Shown piece by piece: positions 24,426 to 34,821 of a DNA stretch of 64,000 nt. The stretch's first letter is position 1. Every line of letters begins with the position of its first letter. This DNA is from a virus. The position numbers and the translations under genes were made by a program. The stretch is taken from the IMG/VR virus record IMGVR_UViG_3300021139_002062; one strand, 5' to 3'. The notes beneath the pieces were generated by a model, which ran no database searches, was not told where the DNA came from, and worked only from the letters and a program-made list of their open reading frames with translations.

Positions 24426-26429
24426 TTAACCACCGTGCTTTTTAATAAGTTCATCAATACTTTTTGGTCTGCCAGTTGGGGTTGGTGCTGATGGCTGGTT
24501 TCTTGCTTTAGAAAAATCAACCTTTTCATTATAGACATTATCCATATCTTCAACATACGCTTTGTATAAATCTTGGTATTTTTCCGATTTTTCAAACTCT
24601 CTTAAAGATTTAAATTCGCTCTTATCCCAAAGTTTTCTTGCGGCAAGATTAAACTCGTTGGTTTTATCAAATACCCTAAAGCGTTTGTACAAAACTTCAG
24701 AAGGGTCTGAAATAGAACCCGCAATTTTAGACAAGATTTTTTGTTCATAATCCGAAATGGCGCCCGTACCTTTAATTAATCCACGCCCACGAATTTCGCT
24801 TTCTGCTAAATATCCCGCTAATTCTCTTCTCTCTGAAACATCAAGTGGTGATTTTGCCATTGCTGTAAATAGCACGCCTTCTAAATCCGTATGAGGCATT
24901 TTTCCTTGAGCAAATTGTAAAAGAGCGTTTTTAACTCCCTCACTAGCAAGGACGCCAGAAACATTTGGATTAGTTCTTAAAATATCAATCGCCCGTTTTG
25001 TTTGTGCTCTTGCTCTTTCCAAATCCAAGGGTTTAGTATTTGCTTCAAATTCATCAACTTTTTTAACATCGGATTCGACAGATTTTAATCCCCTAGCCTT
25101 TTCAATTTCTTGCTGAGATTTTAACTCAGAAACAGTTGTTGGGGCTTCTTTTTGAGCGGTTGGTTCTATTTCAATACGGCGCTTAACTTGGTTGACATAT
25201 TCACCAACTGTAGGGTCGTTTGGTCTGCCTGCAGGTTTGGCATTTCGGTTAATAGAACCATCTTCGTTAAACGCATTCTTACCAGCATATTGTTCAGCAA
25301 TTACTTTTTCCACATCACCACCATGGGTTTTGTATAAATCTTCAATAGTTGCTTTATTTTTATCTGGGGCACCTGCTTTGAAAGGTACATAATGAACTGG
25401 ATCTTTTTGCGGGAAAGGACGGTAATAACCTAGTTCATTCATGTATTTTTCTGAAACACTAGTCGGCACATCAATAGCATTTTCGTGGTAAACTTCTTTA
25501 CCTTCTACCAATGGTGCAGGCATAAAGACATTTTTATCACCAGCCTTAGCACGTTCAATCAACTCAGATTGTCCTGTTCTGTCACGTTTAAGTGCATTGG
25601 GACCTAGTTTAATGCCAAAATCTGTTTCAAGTTTTTTAGCAACATCCTCGGGAGTTATTGTGGCGGGTTTTAAAGCAGAAGGAGCCCCGAATCCGCCAGC
25701 TTCAGTAATGGCTTGTTGTAATTTGTCTACGGGAACTGTGGCGGAAGGCGTAGGAGCATTGCCACCAGCAATTACTGTATTTAATTTTTCTTTGCCCGCT
25801 GGAGTTGTTGCTTTATATAAATTAGGATTTGATTGAATATCCGCTACAGAAACTTGAGTTAATTTAGGTTTTCCATCTTTATCATAAATTACTATGTCAA
25901 TATCTGGCTTATAATAATCAGGGCGATTCTTCGCCTCAATTTCTGCTTTTAATTTTATATCGCCTGCTGATTTTAATAGTTCAGCAACCTTATCTGGATT
26001 GGCTGCATTTAATGCTAAAGCACTCATGAGTTCTGAGTTTAATCCGCCCGCACCTACGCCACCCACACCAGCACCACCGGTTCCAGTATTACTTAAATTG
26101 GCTATCACTTTATTTGCGTTTGCCATTCTGTCACGCTGCATCTTAATCTGTGCCATCGTGGTTCCAATGTTTTGTAATTGGTCGGCTCGTTGATTTTCTT
26201 GTTCAGCAATGTGTTTAAAAGCGGGGGTTTTGTCGTACAGTGTCCAAGCGTGTGCTTTTTGTAGAGCATTTTCAAACTGGTTTTGAGGACTATTGAGTTC
26301 ATCCATCCGCTTCTGCATATTGGCAAGAATAGTATCCGAAGTCGGAAGTGCCGATGAAGTCGTTGATGGGGTTTCGTTAGCTCCTAAATAAGCCAACGCA
26401 CCAATTGGATCAGATTTTGTTTGTGCCAT
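24426..26429 (-). CDS. Internal virion protein candidate (667 aa)
   Basis: Has a Gly patch GTGGAGVGGVGAGG and ends in KKHGG. The call rests on operon position. Confidence 0.4.
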   Translation of the reverse strand: MAQTKSDPIGALAYLGANETPSTTSSALPTSDTILANMQKRMDELNSPQNQFENALQKAHAWTLYDKTPAFKHIAEQENQRADQLQNIGTTMAQIKMQRDRMANANKVIANLSNTGTGGAGVGGVGAGGLNSELMSALALNAANPDKVAELLKSAGDIKLKAEIEAKNRPDYYKPDIDIVIYDKDGKPKLTQVSVADIQSNPNLYKATTPAGKEKLNTVIAGGNAPTPSATVPVDKLQQAITEAGGFGAPSALKPATITPEDVAKKLETDFGIKLGPNALKRDRTGQSELIERAKAGDKNVFMPAPLVEGKEVYHENAIDVPTSVSEKYMNELGYYRPFPQKDPVHYVPFKAGAPDKNKATIEDLYKTHGGDVEKVIAEQYAGKNAFNEDGSINRNAKPAGRPNDPTVGEYVNQVKRRIEIEPTAQKEAPTTVSELKSQQEIEKARGLKSVESDVKKVDEFEANTKPLDLERARAQTKRAIDILRTNPNVSGVLASEGVKNALLQFAQGKMPHTDLEGVLFTAMAKSPLDVSERRELAGYLAESEIRGRGLIKGTGAISDYEQKILSKIAGSISDPSEVLYKRFRVFDKTNEFNLAARKLWDKSEFKSLREFEKSEKYQDLYKAYVEDMDNVYNEKVDFSKARNQPSAPTPTGRPKSIDELIKKHGG

Positions 26430-26440
26430 AATTTATCCTT

Positions 26441-27409
26441 TTAAGGGCCACTTGGGCCAACCATACCAAAGTCAAAAGCCGATGGATCGATATTTGGTGT
26501 ACTACTAAAACCAGCACCTCCAGTAGAACCACCAAATTCCGAAGTTGTAGCATCTACCACGCCTTGAGGTGTTGATGTGTCAATCAATGGATTGCCACTA
26601 GTGTCTGTTGTAGATCCGTACGCTAATGCTTGTTTTAAATAATCACCGATTGTGCCAGTAATACCTAAATTGTTTAATAAGGTATTTACTGCACCACCCG
26701 AGTTGGCAATTGAACCAATCATCGAAAGCGGTGACATTTGGTTTTGCTGAGATACCGTTGCTGGTGCGTTGATGGAGTTAATTAGATTGGCGTAGTTGGT
26801 GGCGCCTTGGAACGGAGCGTTCATTTGAGCTGCGCCTGTTGTCAAACCAGCAGTAATTCCTTGCGAACCAACATTACCTAAACCGGTAGCCGCAGAAACA
26901 CCAGTTTGCTGGTTTTGCAATGCGGCTTGCATTTGTTGTGCTTGGAGGTTGGCAAGGGCGTTCGCTCTTGCAGTATCAACGGCTGTTTGTCCACGTAAAC
27001 TACCAAAATTACCAGAACCAATTCCTCCCGCCTCAGTACCAGAAGTTAAAGACGGTAATAATTGATTTAACTGATCTCTTTGTGCTTGGAACAAACCGCC
27101 CATTGCGGTACCAGTATTTGGTGTTACCGCCCCTGTAGTGGGGTCAGTAATCCATGGATTTGCTGCACCCGACGCAATGGTACTTAAATTGTTTTGAGCA
27201 ATTGTGAAAGGATTGTTTGGGCCTTGTAATGTATTAACTGCACCTTGAGCGGCAGTTTGCCCAAATGTTGGGGCACTACCAACCGCCGTATTGGCTTGAT
27301 TGACTATATTTTGTTGTGCTGCGTCCATCCATGATGGAAGCGTGGTTTGTACTTGTTGGGTATCTGCAAGTAGATTATTTAAACCCGAAGAACTTGTCGT
27401 TCCAGCCAT
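26441..27409 (-). CDS. Q/G/T/A/N-rich low-complexity virion protein (322 aa)
   Basis: Based on composition and operon position. Confidence 0.4.
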   Translation of the reverse strand: MAGTTSSSGLNNLLADTQQVQTTLPSWMDAAQQNIVNQANTAVGSAPTFGQTAAQGAVNTLQGPNNPFTIAQNNLSTIASGAANPWITDPTTGAVTPNTGTAMGGLFQAQRDQLNQLLPSLTSGTEAGGIGSGNFGSLRGQTAVDTARANALANLQAQQMQAALQNQQTGVSAATGLGNVGSQGITAGLTTGAAQMNAPFQGATNYANLINSINAPATVSQQNQMSPLSMIGSIANSGGAVNTLLNNLGITGTIGDYLKQALAYGSTTDTSGNPLIDTSTPQGVVDATTSEFGGSTGGAGFSSTPNIDPSAFDFGMVGPSGP

Positions 27410-28536
27410 TATGTTCTCACTTTCTTTTCTGCCTCTGATAAATAAGTTAAAGGGCCTTTACTATCAGGTGGCAAATGTTTTTTATCGTGTTTTTGTTTGT
27501 GATCTCTAATTGTTTCCATAAACGCATTTAATATTTCTGCACCAGCATCATTTGATCCATTACCTAATCCTGATACCACATCAGCTGGGATTACAAATTC
27601 GCCGTTTGCTAACATGGCTGGAATACTGTCGCTAGTACCGTCACCGTCACCAGTAACATAACGATTTTCCATGGCATTCAAACCACCCTCACTAAAAAAT
27701 TTAGGATTATGACCTTCTGGCAATGTTCTATCTTGAAACATCATTTCGCCACCATTGGCTAAGTGAGGTATACCAGTTATTGGTGTTCCATGCATGCCAA
27801 ACAAATCGGCGTGTTGGGTAGTCTGACCTCTTAACTGTTTAGGTGACATGGGTAAATCCCCGCCCGTAGCCATATGTATAATGCCACCACTAGCGGCGTT
27901 TTGAATTTCTGTTAAAGATAAAGGATTTACTGAAGTGTTTGAACTAGTTTCAACAGGAATATTGTATGAACTAGATAGCGGAGAAGCAATTTGAGAACCT
28001 TTGACTAAACTAGCCTTCGGAGTACTTTCTTGAATACTTGTTGCCGTTGTTGGTAGGGAAGATAGCCCAGACGCAGAAGGAGAGGAGGTTGTTCCTGGCG
28101 TAGTTGCTTTTTTAGCAGTACCAAGTAAAGCGTTGATTCCAGTGCTTGTTAATGCGGTTTTTGCAACGGACGGAAGTGCATTATAAGCACTAGCAGCTTG
28201 GTCTAAAAGCGAAGTGCTTGTGTCGGCACCTGCCATGGCACTGTCTACGGGTGCTGAGTTAGCCACGAGTGTGGCATATTCGTCTGTTGTTAATCCAGCT
28301 GATGCAGCCTCACTTTCAAGAGCAGCCGCAGCTTCAGGCGCCAGCGCACCACCAGTGAGGTAAATGGCGGCGGCAGCTGTTACTATGGGTGCGGCTTTAT
28401 CTACAATGTCATTAATGCCCGTAGATTCTCCAACACTATGAATTGCGTTACTAATTCCGGAAGTAATAGGATTACTGTCTACTACTGCATGGAACGCGTC
28501 ATTGATTGGGTTCGTAATAAAATCGAACATCCCCAT
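27409..28536 (-). CDS. Virion protein with x-x-GG motifs and NGEFVIPADVV motif (375 aa)
   Basis: Contains MATGGDLP, LANGGEMM, FSEGGLNAM and ANGEFVIPADVVSGLGNG. Confidence 0.4.
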   Translation of the reverse strand: MGMFDFITNPINDAFHAVVDSNPITSGISNAIHSVGESTGINDIVDKAAPIVTAAAAIYLTGGALAPEAAAALESEAASAGLTTDEYATLVANSAPVDSAMAGADTSTSLLDQAASAYNALPSVAKTALTSTGINALLGTAKKATTPGTTSSPSASGLSSLPTTATSIQESTPKASLVKGSQIASPLSSSYNIPVETSSNTSVNPLSLTEIQNAASGGIIHMATGGDLPMSPKQLRGQTTQHADLFGMHGTPITGIPHLANGGEMMFQDRTLPEGHNPKFFSEGGLNAMENRYVTGDGDGTSDSIPAMLANGEFVIPADVVSGLGNGSNDAGAEILNAFMETIRDHKQKHDKKHLPPDSKGPLTYLSEAEKKVRT

Positions 28537-28563
28537 AATAGGTACCTTTACTGTTATTTGTTG

Positions 28564-28604
28564 TCTACATTAACTAATGCAAAAAACAAGGTGTTTTCGC
28601 CCTA
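28564..28604 (-). promoter_or_regulatory. Promoter-like motif P2
   Basis: Minus strand reads TAGGGCG-AAAACACCTTGTTTTTT-GCATTAGT-TAATGT-AGA. Confidence 0.6.
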
Positions 28605-28606
28605 GA

Positions 28607-28876
28607 TTAATGGCTTTTTCCGTTAATAATGAGGGATACCTCATCCGCCCAATCTTGCCAATTGACAAAAGTCTCTGAAGAGGGCACAGGAAACGCAGAG
28701 AAAGTGACTGTGCTAGCAATTACATCGGCTGCTTCACGCCAATTTTCTTCGGAGGTGTGAGGAATATTCAACTGACCGTAGTAAATAATAAAATTACCGT
28801 TCCAATCTTCCCATGTTGAATGCTTTGAATCAAAAGGAAAAAATTGCTGGTTGTTTTTATTGACAAAAATTGTCAC
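28607..28876 (-). CDS. Hypothetical protein (89 aa)
   Basis: ORF that overlaps the upstream gene by 4 nt. Confidence 0.6.
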   Translation of the reverse strand: MTIFVNKNNQQFFPFDSKHSTWEDWNGNFIIYYGQLNIPHTSEENWREAADVIASTVTFSAFPVPSSETFVNWQDWADEVSLIINGKSH

Positions 28877-31029
28877 GGCCGCTCATCCCCAAATTCGGCC
28901 GTAATCATTAAACGACCCATTTCGAAATTACCGTCGATTTGATTTGATTCAAATTTCAATCGCACTAAACGATGTTCGACTCGCAAGTCAATTTTGTCAG
29001 TATGTGGATCAAAATAGTAGGGTCCAGAATCTTCTTCTGTGGCACTGTTAGCAAATTTACGACCTAAAATGGTCATTGACATTGTACCAGTTTGTAAAAA
29101 GTTAGGTTCTATTCTGCGTAAATGCATGCGACGATTGATACCCACCAAGCCATCTTGGCTAGGATTTCCAGTCAACCAACTAATATCGCTAGTAGTGATA
29201 CTCGAATAAATAGCACTTTCACCATTTAAGTTTACTTGATTTTGTCCGAACTCATGTTGCCAAATAGTATAACCACTGGTTTGTTGATACACCAAAGAGC
29301 CAATCGGAACCGAACTAGAAGTTGCTCCACTAAAAGACACCAAAGTAACCCCTGGCGCACCAATAGTAGAATTGACGGTAAAAACGGAACTAGTAACTTG
29401 GAAGGTTTGACTTGACATTGCTGATAAAGAGAATGTCAAAATACTGCCAGGAGTAAACACGGAAGTTACATCGCCAGAAATATACATTTGGTTGTTAGAC
29501 GCCGCAGGTAAACTTGCTGGGTGATTGATAACCGTATACGGGGCACTAAATGCTGGTGTGTAATTCCAATCCGCCCAAATAGGCGTAGGAAACAATTCGG
29601 TGGTATATCCACAAGAGCGTTGTGCTCCTTTTGCTTGTCCCGCATCGTACCAAAGACTATCTTTTACATTATAGATAATCGCATCATTGCATTCTGTTGA
29701 TGTGCCTCTTGGATAAAAGAACCAAATCTCGTTGTATCTTGGCACTTTAGTTGCCCATACTTTTTGGCGCTGAGTGTAATTGATGTTGTCAAAAAGGTAG
29801 TTAAGATTTTTGTCATTCGGTAATACTTTGACCGTACCATTGTACAAATAAAAGCGATCAACGCCCATCCAATAAAACACACCATCCATCTCCACCACCG
29901 CATTGGAAGACATAATAGAGATTTGACTTGAGACAATATCGTAAGTCCAAAATTGACTAGCGGTTGCTGTACTCGATGCTGATGAATTAAACGACACACG
30001 AATTAAGGAATCAGTCGCCCAAAACAGTCCGGCGGGAGCATTAGTACCTCCGCGCATTGGCATACCTTTAACAATCTTTGATGCCGATACGTTTACTTGG
30101 TTGGCTAATGGGCCATTCCAGTCATAAAAATTTTGTTGGGAATAGGTACTGCTAATATGGTTATTAGCGATGAATCCATGCGATCCATAGACAAAAATAA
30201 ATGGATACAATATACAAACGCCACCATCAACACTAATTGGTTTATAAGTTGGGTTGCTTCCTTGTGAATCTGATAGTCCGTTGAATGTCCAAGTGTTGCC
30301 AGCAACGGGTGTTATGTTACCAACCAATACTTGAGATGGCACGCCATTATCAATATCCACCAAGTTATAACCAGGATGAGCAAAAATCTGTAACTGACCA
30401 CCTAATGGGCTAAACTGAGAATCAAATTGCCAAGTAACTCGGTAAGGTCCAAGTGCTGGGTCAGGGGTAAATACAGGAGAGTTGTTCAGCCATACGGTTG
30501 TTGGGCTACCAGTAATGGTGCCAGTCACATTAACGGTCGTATTAGGTGATGTGTAAGTTGCTGTGGTTGTTACAAAATTAACGGGTGTTGTTTGATTAAA
30601 GATGACATTGGTGCCCGTTGGAAATTGAGAAGTAACATTCCCCGCAATGGTAAAACTTGAACTTGTATTAGAAACTAGAGTAAATGGCACTGTGCCAGGC
30701 AATATGGTTGCCGCAAACGGGCCACTACCGACACCATAGTTAATGCCACAGTTAAATACATCCAACTCTTTATAATTACCAGCAAAAATATAGTTTACGC
30801 CGTTATATGGTTGAGAAACCATACCACGATAAACCCCTGTATTGCTGGTGAACAGGGTGCGATAACCTCCCATTTTTTTAGGATCACCACGCTGAAAACG
30901 GCACCAAACACCATCGGTGTATTGGTCATTTTGGAATTGTGTACCGTCACGCTTAATGCCAGCGGGGATTGCTAAACTATAAATTCGAGTATATTGCGAA
31001 GCATCTTGTTGCTGGTTATCCGCCGCCAT
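28873..31029 (-). CDS. Large tail structural protein (718 aa; tail-tube/nozzle-like)
   Basis: Based on size, beta-rich composition and position in the tail block. No diagnostic motif was found. Confidence 0.4.
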   Translation of the reverse strand: MAADNQQQDASQYTRIYSLAIPAGIKRDGTQFQNDQYTDGVWCRFQRGDPKKMGGYRTLFTSNTGVYRGMVSQPYNGVNYIFAGNYKELDVFNCGINYGVGSGPFAATILPGTVPFTLVSNTSSSFTIAGNVTSQFPTGTNVIFNQTTPVNFVTTTATYTSPNTTVNVTGTITGSPTTVWLNNSPVFTPDPALGPYRVTWQFDSQFSPLGGQLQIFAHPGYNLVDIDNGVPSQVLVGNITPVAGNTWTFNGLSDSQGSNPTYKPISVDGGVCILYPFIFVYGSHGFIANNHISSTYSQQNFYDWNGPLANQVNVSASKIVKGMPMRGGTNAPAGLFWATDSLIRVSFNSSASSTATASQFWTYDIVSSQISIMSSNAVVEMDGVFYWMGVDRFYLYNGTVKVLPNDKNLNYLFDNINYTQRQKVWATKVPRYNEIWFFYPRGTSTECNDAIIYNVKDSLWYDAGQAKGAQRSCGYTTELFPTPIWADWNYTPAFSAPYTVINHPASLPAASNNQMYISGDVTSVFTPGSILTFSLSAMSSQTFQVTSSVFTVNSTIGAPGVTLVSFSGATSSSVPIGSLVYQQTSGYTIWQHEFGQNQVNLNGESAIYSSITTSDISWLTGNPSQDGLVGINRRMHLRRIEPNFLQTGTMSMTILGRKFANSATEEDSGPYYFDPHTDKIDLRVEHRLVRLKFESNQIDGNFEMGRLMITAEFGDERP

Positions 31030-32304
31030 TTAGAATGTCCCACCACTAATGATTGTTGCGTTCAACTGACCTTTAACTGTGGTAACGGGCGCTGATAAAT
31101 TGGTTGCATTGATATCAATAATTTCAGTACCGTTTGCTGCCAAACCCAAAATACTAGTGCCTGCTAAGTACATACCAGTATTGTTGTCATTTAAAAATGA
31201 ATACGAAGGCGCCCCAGCGGTGCCGTTAATTGCCTTAAAGGAAGAAGACGAAGAGGAATTTAACACATACAAAAACGCACCATCACTCAATAGGGTGTAG
31301 GTCTGCCCAATTGGCAATGAAAGAGGAGATTGACTGCTACCTTGGTTTTGGAAAGTAATCACATCATTCACATTAGTACAGTTGTTGACCATTACATATA
31401 ACTGAGTAATGGCGGGTAATGTTACTGCCAATGTGGCATTGCGAGTACCTGATTGTGAAACATAGGTTTCAATAATTGGTGCATTTGAAACTAGATTTAA
31501 TGTGCCTCCAGTAATGGAATCCACATCGTAAGTTGCCGAGGTAAACACCACATTGTTTGGAGTAACCCAACCAACGGTAATAAATTGCCCAGAGTTGTTA
31601 TCAAAAAATATAAAGCCAGAATCGCCAGGATTGGTGTTGATGGACGAACGACCATTGATGGTTTGTGGTGATGTAGGGGTGAAGGTTAGTGTGCCAGAGC
31701 CACTATTTCTAAAGGCAATGTACCAACCAAGCGATAAAGTTGAAACGGATGGTAACGGGATATTTCCCAATCCCCCCACCCAATTGTAAGTAATTCCACG
31801 ACTAGCATTTACGATACTTGGCACTGTGGAAATATCTGCGATAGTTTGTGTTGTTGCTAGTTGTCCATTCACCGTAGTCAATCCAGCACCAGCCAACGAA
31901 GCCGCATCGGCTGCAGAAGTTCCAGTGCCAAATGTAACATTGCCCCAAAGACCCGCGGCAGTTGTGTTGTCTTGTAAATAGAAGTATTTTGCTACTCCAG
32001 CAGGTATGGTGACAGAATTCCCGCCCGCAAAATCTTTTACAACAAAGGAGTTCGTACCTAAGTTACGAAACAGAATATCTGCGCCAACGGTTCCTTGATC
32101 TGCTTCTGGTAATTGAAGCGCCAAACCAGTTGTTGTGGCGGTGCAGTCAATAATCCGAGTTGCTGGTGTTTCTCCAATGCCTTGGTTAACAATTGCTGGC
32201 CAGTAAAGTAGTGTGTTGGTGCCAAAAGAAAGGGCAGAGTAGGAGACATCTGTTGGTGTTACCACAGTGCCCGTAAAAGGGGATGTGTAAATTGGTGTAG
32301 TCAT
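31030..32304 (-). CDS. T/G/N/S-rich fibre or spike-like protein (424 aa)
   Basis: Based on composition. It abuts the next gene with 0 nt spacing. Confidence 0.4.
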   Translation of the reverse strand: MTTPIYTSPFTGTVVTPTDVSYSALSFGTNTLLYWPAIVNQGIGETPATRIIDCTATTTGLALQLPEADQGTVGADILFRNLGTNSFVVKDFAGGNSVTIPAGVAKYFYLQDNTTAAGLWGNVTFGTGTSAADAASLAGAGLTTVNGQLATTQTIADISTVPSIVNASRGITYNWVGGLGNIPLPSVSTLSLGWYIAFRNSGSGTLTFTPTSPQTINGRSSINTNPGDSGFIFFDNNSGQFITVGWVTPNNVVFTSATYDVDSITGGTLNLVSNAPIIETYVSQSGTRNATLAVTLPAITQLYVMVNNCTNVNDVITFQNQGSSQSPLSLPIGQTYTLLSDGAFLYVLNSSSSSSFKAINGTAGAPSYSFLNDNNTGMYLAGTSILGLAANGTEIIDINATNLSAPVTTVKGQLNATIISGGTF

Positions 32305-32307
32305 TGA

Positions 32308-32931
32308 TTAAGGTTCCTGAATAGATGTATTTCTGTCTACACGACGAGTGTTGTCTTCTTGTTTTAATGTGTTAATTGCATCGGTATAGTATTGTTTCCA
32401 CACTGGCAACTTGTCGAGGGCTTTCAAGTATCCCTGTGCTTGTAACAAAGCACCGTACAACATGGCTTGAGGAGCAACGGATGTCCACAAATTTTGTTGG
32501 TTGTTTTCATCCAAAGGTTGTATTTCGGAAAAATAAATAATCTCTACAGGGTAAGATTGATTAGGTGCTGGAGCAAAATTCCAATTATTATAATCGTAAT
32601 CTGCATAATATTTAGGCTGACCGTTAGAGGATTCAGCAAGGTATTGCGAAACATAATCTTGACTACGCAAAAGAATTGGTTGCCCATTAACTTTCATGGA
32701 CACCGTTTTACGCCAACGTGCTGGTTTGTTGAGAATAGTTTGGTTCGTTGCTAGATTAGTTTCCACCACAGTTAATTGCATGTAGGTTTTTAACTCTGCT
32801 GCGATAGAAGATTCCGCCAAAGCAATTAAGTTGGGGATTTGAGCGATAAAATCGGCATCATCCCGTTCCATGTAATCCATAATATTCGCAACCAGCGAAT
32901 CATAGGTCATTATTACACTCATTTCGCCCAC
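32308..32931 (-). CDS. Putative head-tail adaptor/neck protein (207 aa)
   Basis: Has the N-terminal pattern TYDSLVANIMDYMERDDADFIAQIPNLIALAE, seen in adaptor-type proteins (weak recall). Confidence 0.3.
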   Translation of the reverse strand: MGEMSVIMTYDSLVANIMDYMERDDADFIAQIPNLIALAESSIAAELKTYMQLTVVETNLATNQTILNKPARWRKTVSMKVNGQPILLRSQDYVSQYLAESSNGQPKYYADYDYNNWNFAPAPNQSYPVEIIYFSEIQPLDENNQQNLWTSVAPQAMLYGALLQAQGYLKALDKLPVWKQYYTDAINTLKQEDNTRRVDRNTSIQEP

Positions 32932-33581
32932 CTACATTCTTTAATATATTTATATTTTTTACTGGGTTTTCCTTTTCCATAGCACCAATGTTTAATTGTT
33001 GCTTCTGGAATGTTTAATGCAATAGCCGCCACTTTAACTTGCTCATACACAATACCATTTATTTGAACTGGTTTAATTTGCCCGTTTGCAATACGAGTTG
33101 CTTTTCTTGTAGCTTGACGTTTTTCAATATGTTCTTTAGTGTGTGGTTTAGAAACTTGCAGTATAAATTTAGCTCTTTGTTCTTCACTCCAACAATTTGT
33201 TTTTCCTGCATTCCAAGGTTTTCTACCAATCATCCAAGGAGTTTCTTTACTTTTACCTTTTAATGGGCTAATATAATCATCGCCGCGATATTGTGTTGTT
33301 GGGGGTTTGGCCCCACCTTCTGCAATATTCCAACCAATTTGTTTTGTTGGTCTAATTTTTAATTCTAAATCATAACAATAGGTTTCTTCACCAATTAAAA
33401 TAATTTGTTTTACTAAATTATCCCAACCATATTTTTCAATTGCTGCTTTTAGGTGTGGGTTGTCTGAATATTTGCTATGTCGTTTAAAACGAGCATTTGG
33501 ATTTTTAGACACACCAACATAACCTTGATTAAAAATATCAGTGTGTGTTTCGTGATGTATCCAGTATAAATATGTGCTCAT
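32919..33581 (-). mobile_element. GIY-YIG homing endonuclease (free-standing), paralog 1
   Basis: YLYWI...GYVGVS...RFKRH...E...GWNIAEGG, plus NUMOD-like PWNAGK / HTKEHIEK and a C-terminal HTH. Confidence 0.8.
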
Positions 33582-34651
33582 GATGTATAATACCGCACCA
33601 CGGGTTGTAAATAGATTGGCGAACGGTCCCTATCCTCCTCACTGGCTTGTAGGAAGGCTTTCTCTGCCTGTGCTTCCAGATAAGTAATACGGTTTAAATC
33701 TACACCAGGGAGTTGTAGTGCCATCGAGTGGGACAATTGTTTTTGTACACAGTTAATCCAGCGGTCTGGTACATAGATTTGATTGGTCAATGAACCAACA
33801 TCTTGCATCTGTACTTCAACAACCAACTGGAACATCTGGTAGCAGTTGTTTGGTACCGGCCACAAATACATAGACGGCTCAATGGTTCTGTCAAACCAAT
33901 ACTGTAATGAACGCACTGACGGGAACTGTTTGTTAGGTAGATTCCAGTAGTCGTCACGGTTGAGGCGTGCTAGGGGGATTACTTGTTGGCTAGTGGAGAA
34001 TACAATCTGGCGAACAGAGAAAGTAGTTGCTACAGTCTCACGTAACCGATAGAACAAGTGGGGTTCGGTAATGGAAATATTGTAGTACTGCCACTGTTTG
34101 TCCACCATGGTAATAGTGGGGAATGTTTGCTTTGTCACCCAGTTAATGCCGTCGTCACTGTACTCGTACACCAAGTTGTAAGTCTGTGTGCCGTTGTTTG
34201 GTGCGTAGCAGTTCCAACCGACATAATAAACACTCTGGGCTTGTTGGTAACCAAGACCTAACCAGTTTTCACTAATTGTGGATGTTGCTAAGGAGTTTAG
34301 TTGGGACTGTAGGTTAAAGGCGTTTGGTGCCGTTGCGTTGTCCGCTGGCAAATAAGTAGAGGCTTGGATGTTTTGTACATACACCCAGTTTGCCTCTCTG
34401 ACGTCAATGGTCGTCTTTGGTAAGACAATTTGCTGTTGTTGCGTGAGTGCACCATATAACTGGTTTTCTAACAACCAAAGGTTTACACCACGGTTAGATA
34501 GGTTTTGTAGGTTGTAGAACAGTGCCTGTTTGGCGGCATCAACATATTCAGGCGTCATTTCTTCCGCTGTTTTGCCAGCATCACGAAATGCATAGGAAAT
34601 TAACTGGTCAACATTAATCGTTGTGTTACCAGTTGTATTGCTGTACGCCAT
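33578..34651 (-). CDS. Tail/adaptor structural protein with discoidin-like insertion (357 aa)
   Basis: The N-terminal pattern resembles tail tubular A-type proteins. The central YEYSDDGINWVT block resembles an F5/8 type C domain (recalled). Confidence 0.35.
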   Translation of the reverse strand: MAYSNTTGNTTINVDQLISYAFRDAGKTAEEMTPEYVDAAKQALFYNLQNLSNRGVNLWLLENQLYGALTQQQQIVLPKTTIDVREANWVYVQNIQASTYLPADNATAPNAFNLQSQLNSLATSTISENWLGLGYQQAQSVYYVGWNCYAPNNGTQTYNLVYEYSDDGINWVTKQTFPTITMVDKQWQYYNISITEPHLFYRLRETVATTFSVRQIVFSTSQQVIPLARLNRDDYWNLPNKQFPSVRSLQYWFDRTIEPSMYLWPVPNNCYQMFQLVVEVQMQDVGSLTNQIYVPDRWINCVQKQLSHSMALQLPGVDLNRITYLEAQAEKAFLQASEEDRDRSPIYLQPVVRYYTS

Positions 34652-34652
34652 A

Positions 34653-34820
34653 TTATCTTCCTCGGCCAGAGGCTCGCTTAGTTACTTTTTGTGGTAGTTT
34701 GTTGGATGCTGGTCCCGCCTTAACAAATTCCTTACCTACTTTTTTAGGAATGCCTAGTGTGCTTTTACCAGCGGCAGCCGCATACATCGCGGCTTGTTGA
34801 TCTTTCGAGGTGTATGGCAT
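34653..34820 (-). CDS. DUF3008-like small protein (55 aa)
   Basis: ATG 34820 lies 1 nt after the upstream stop. Contains [28 protein letters not shown]. Confidence 0.5.
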   Translation of the reverse strand: MPYTSKDQQAAMYAAAAGKSTLGIPKKVGKEFVKAGPASNKLPQKVTKRASGRGR

Positions 34821-34821
34821 A

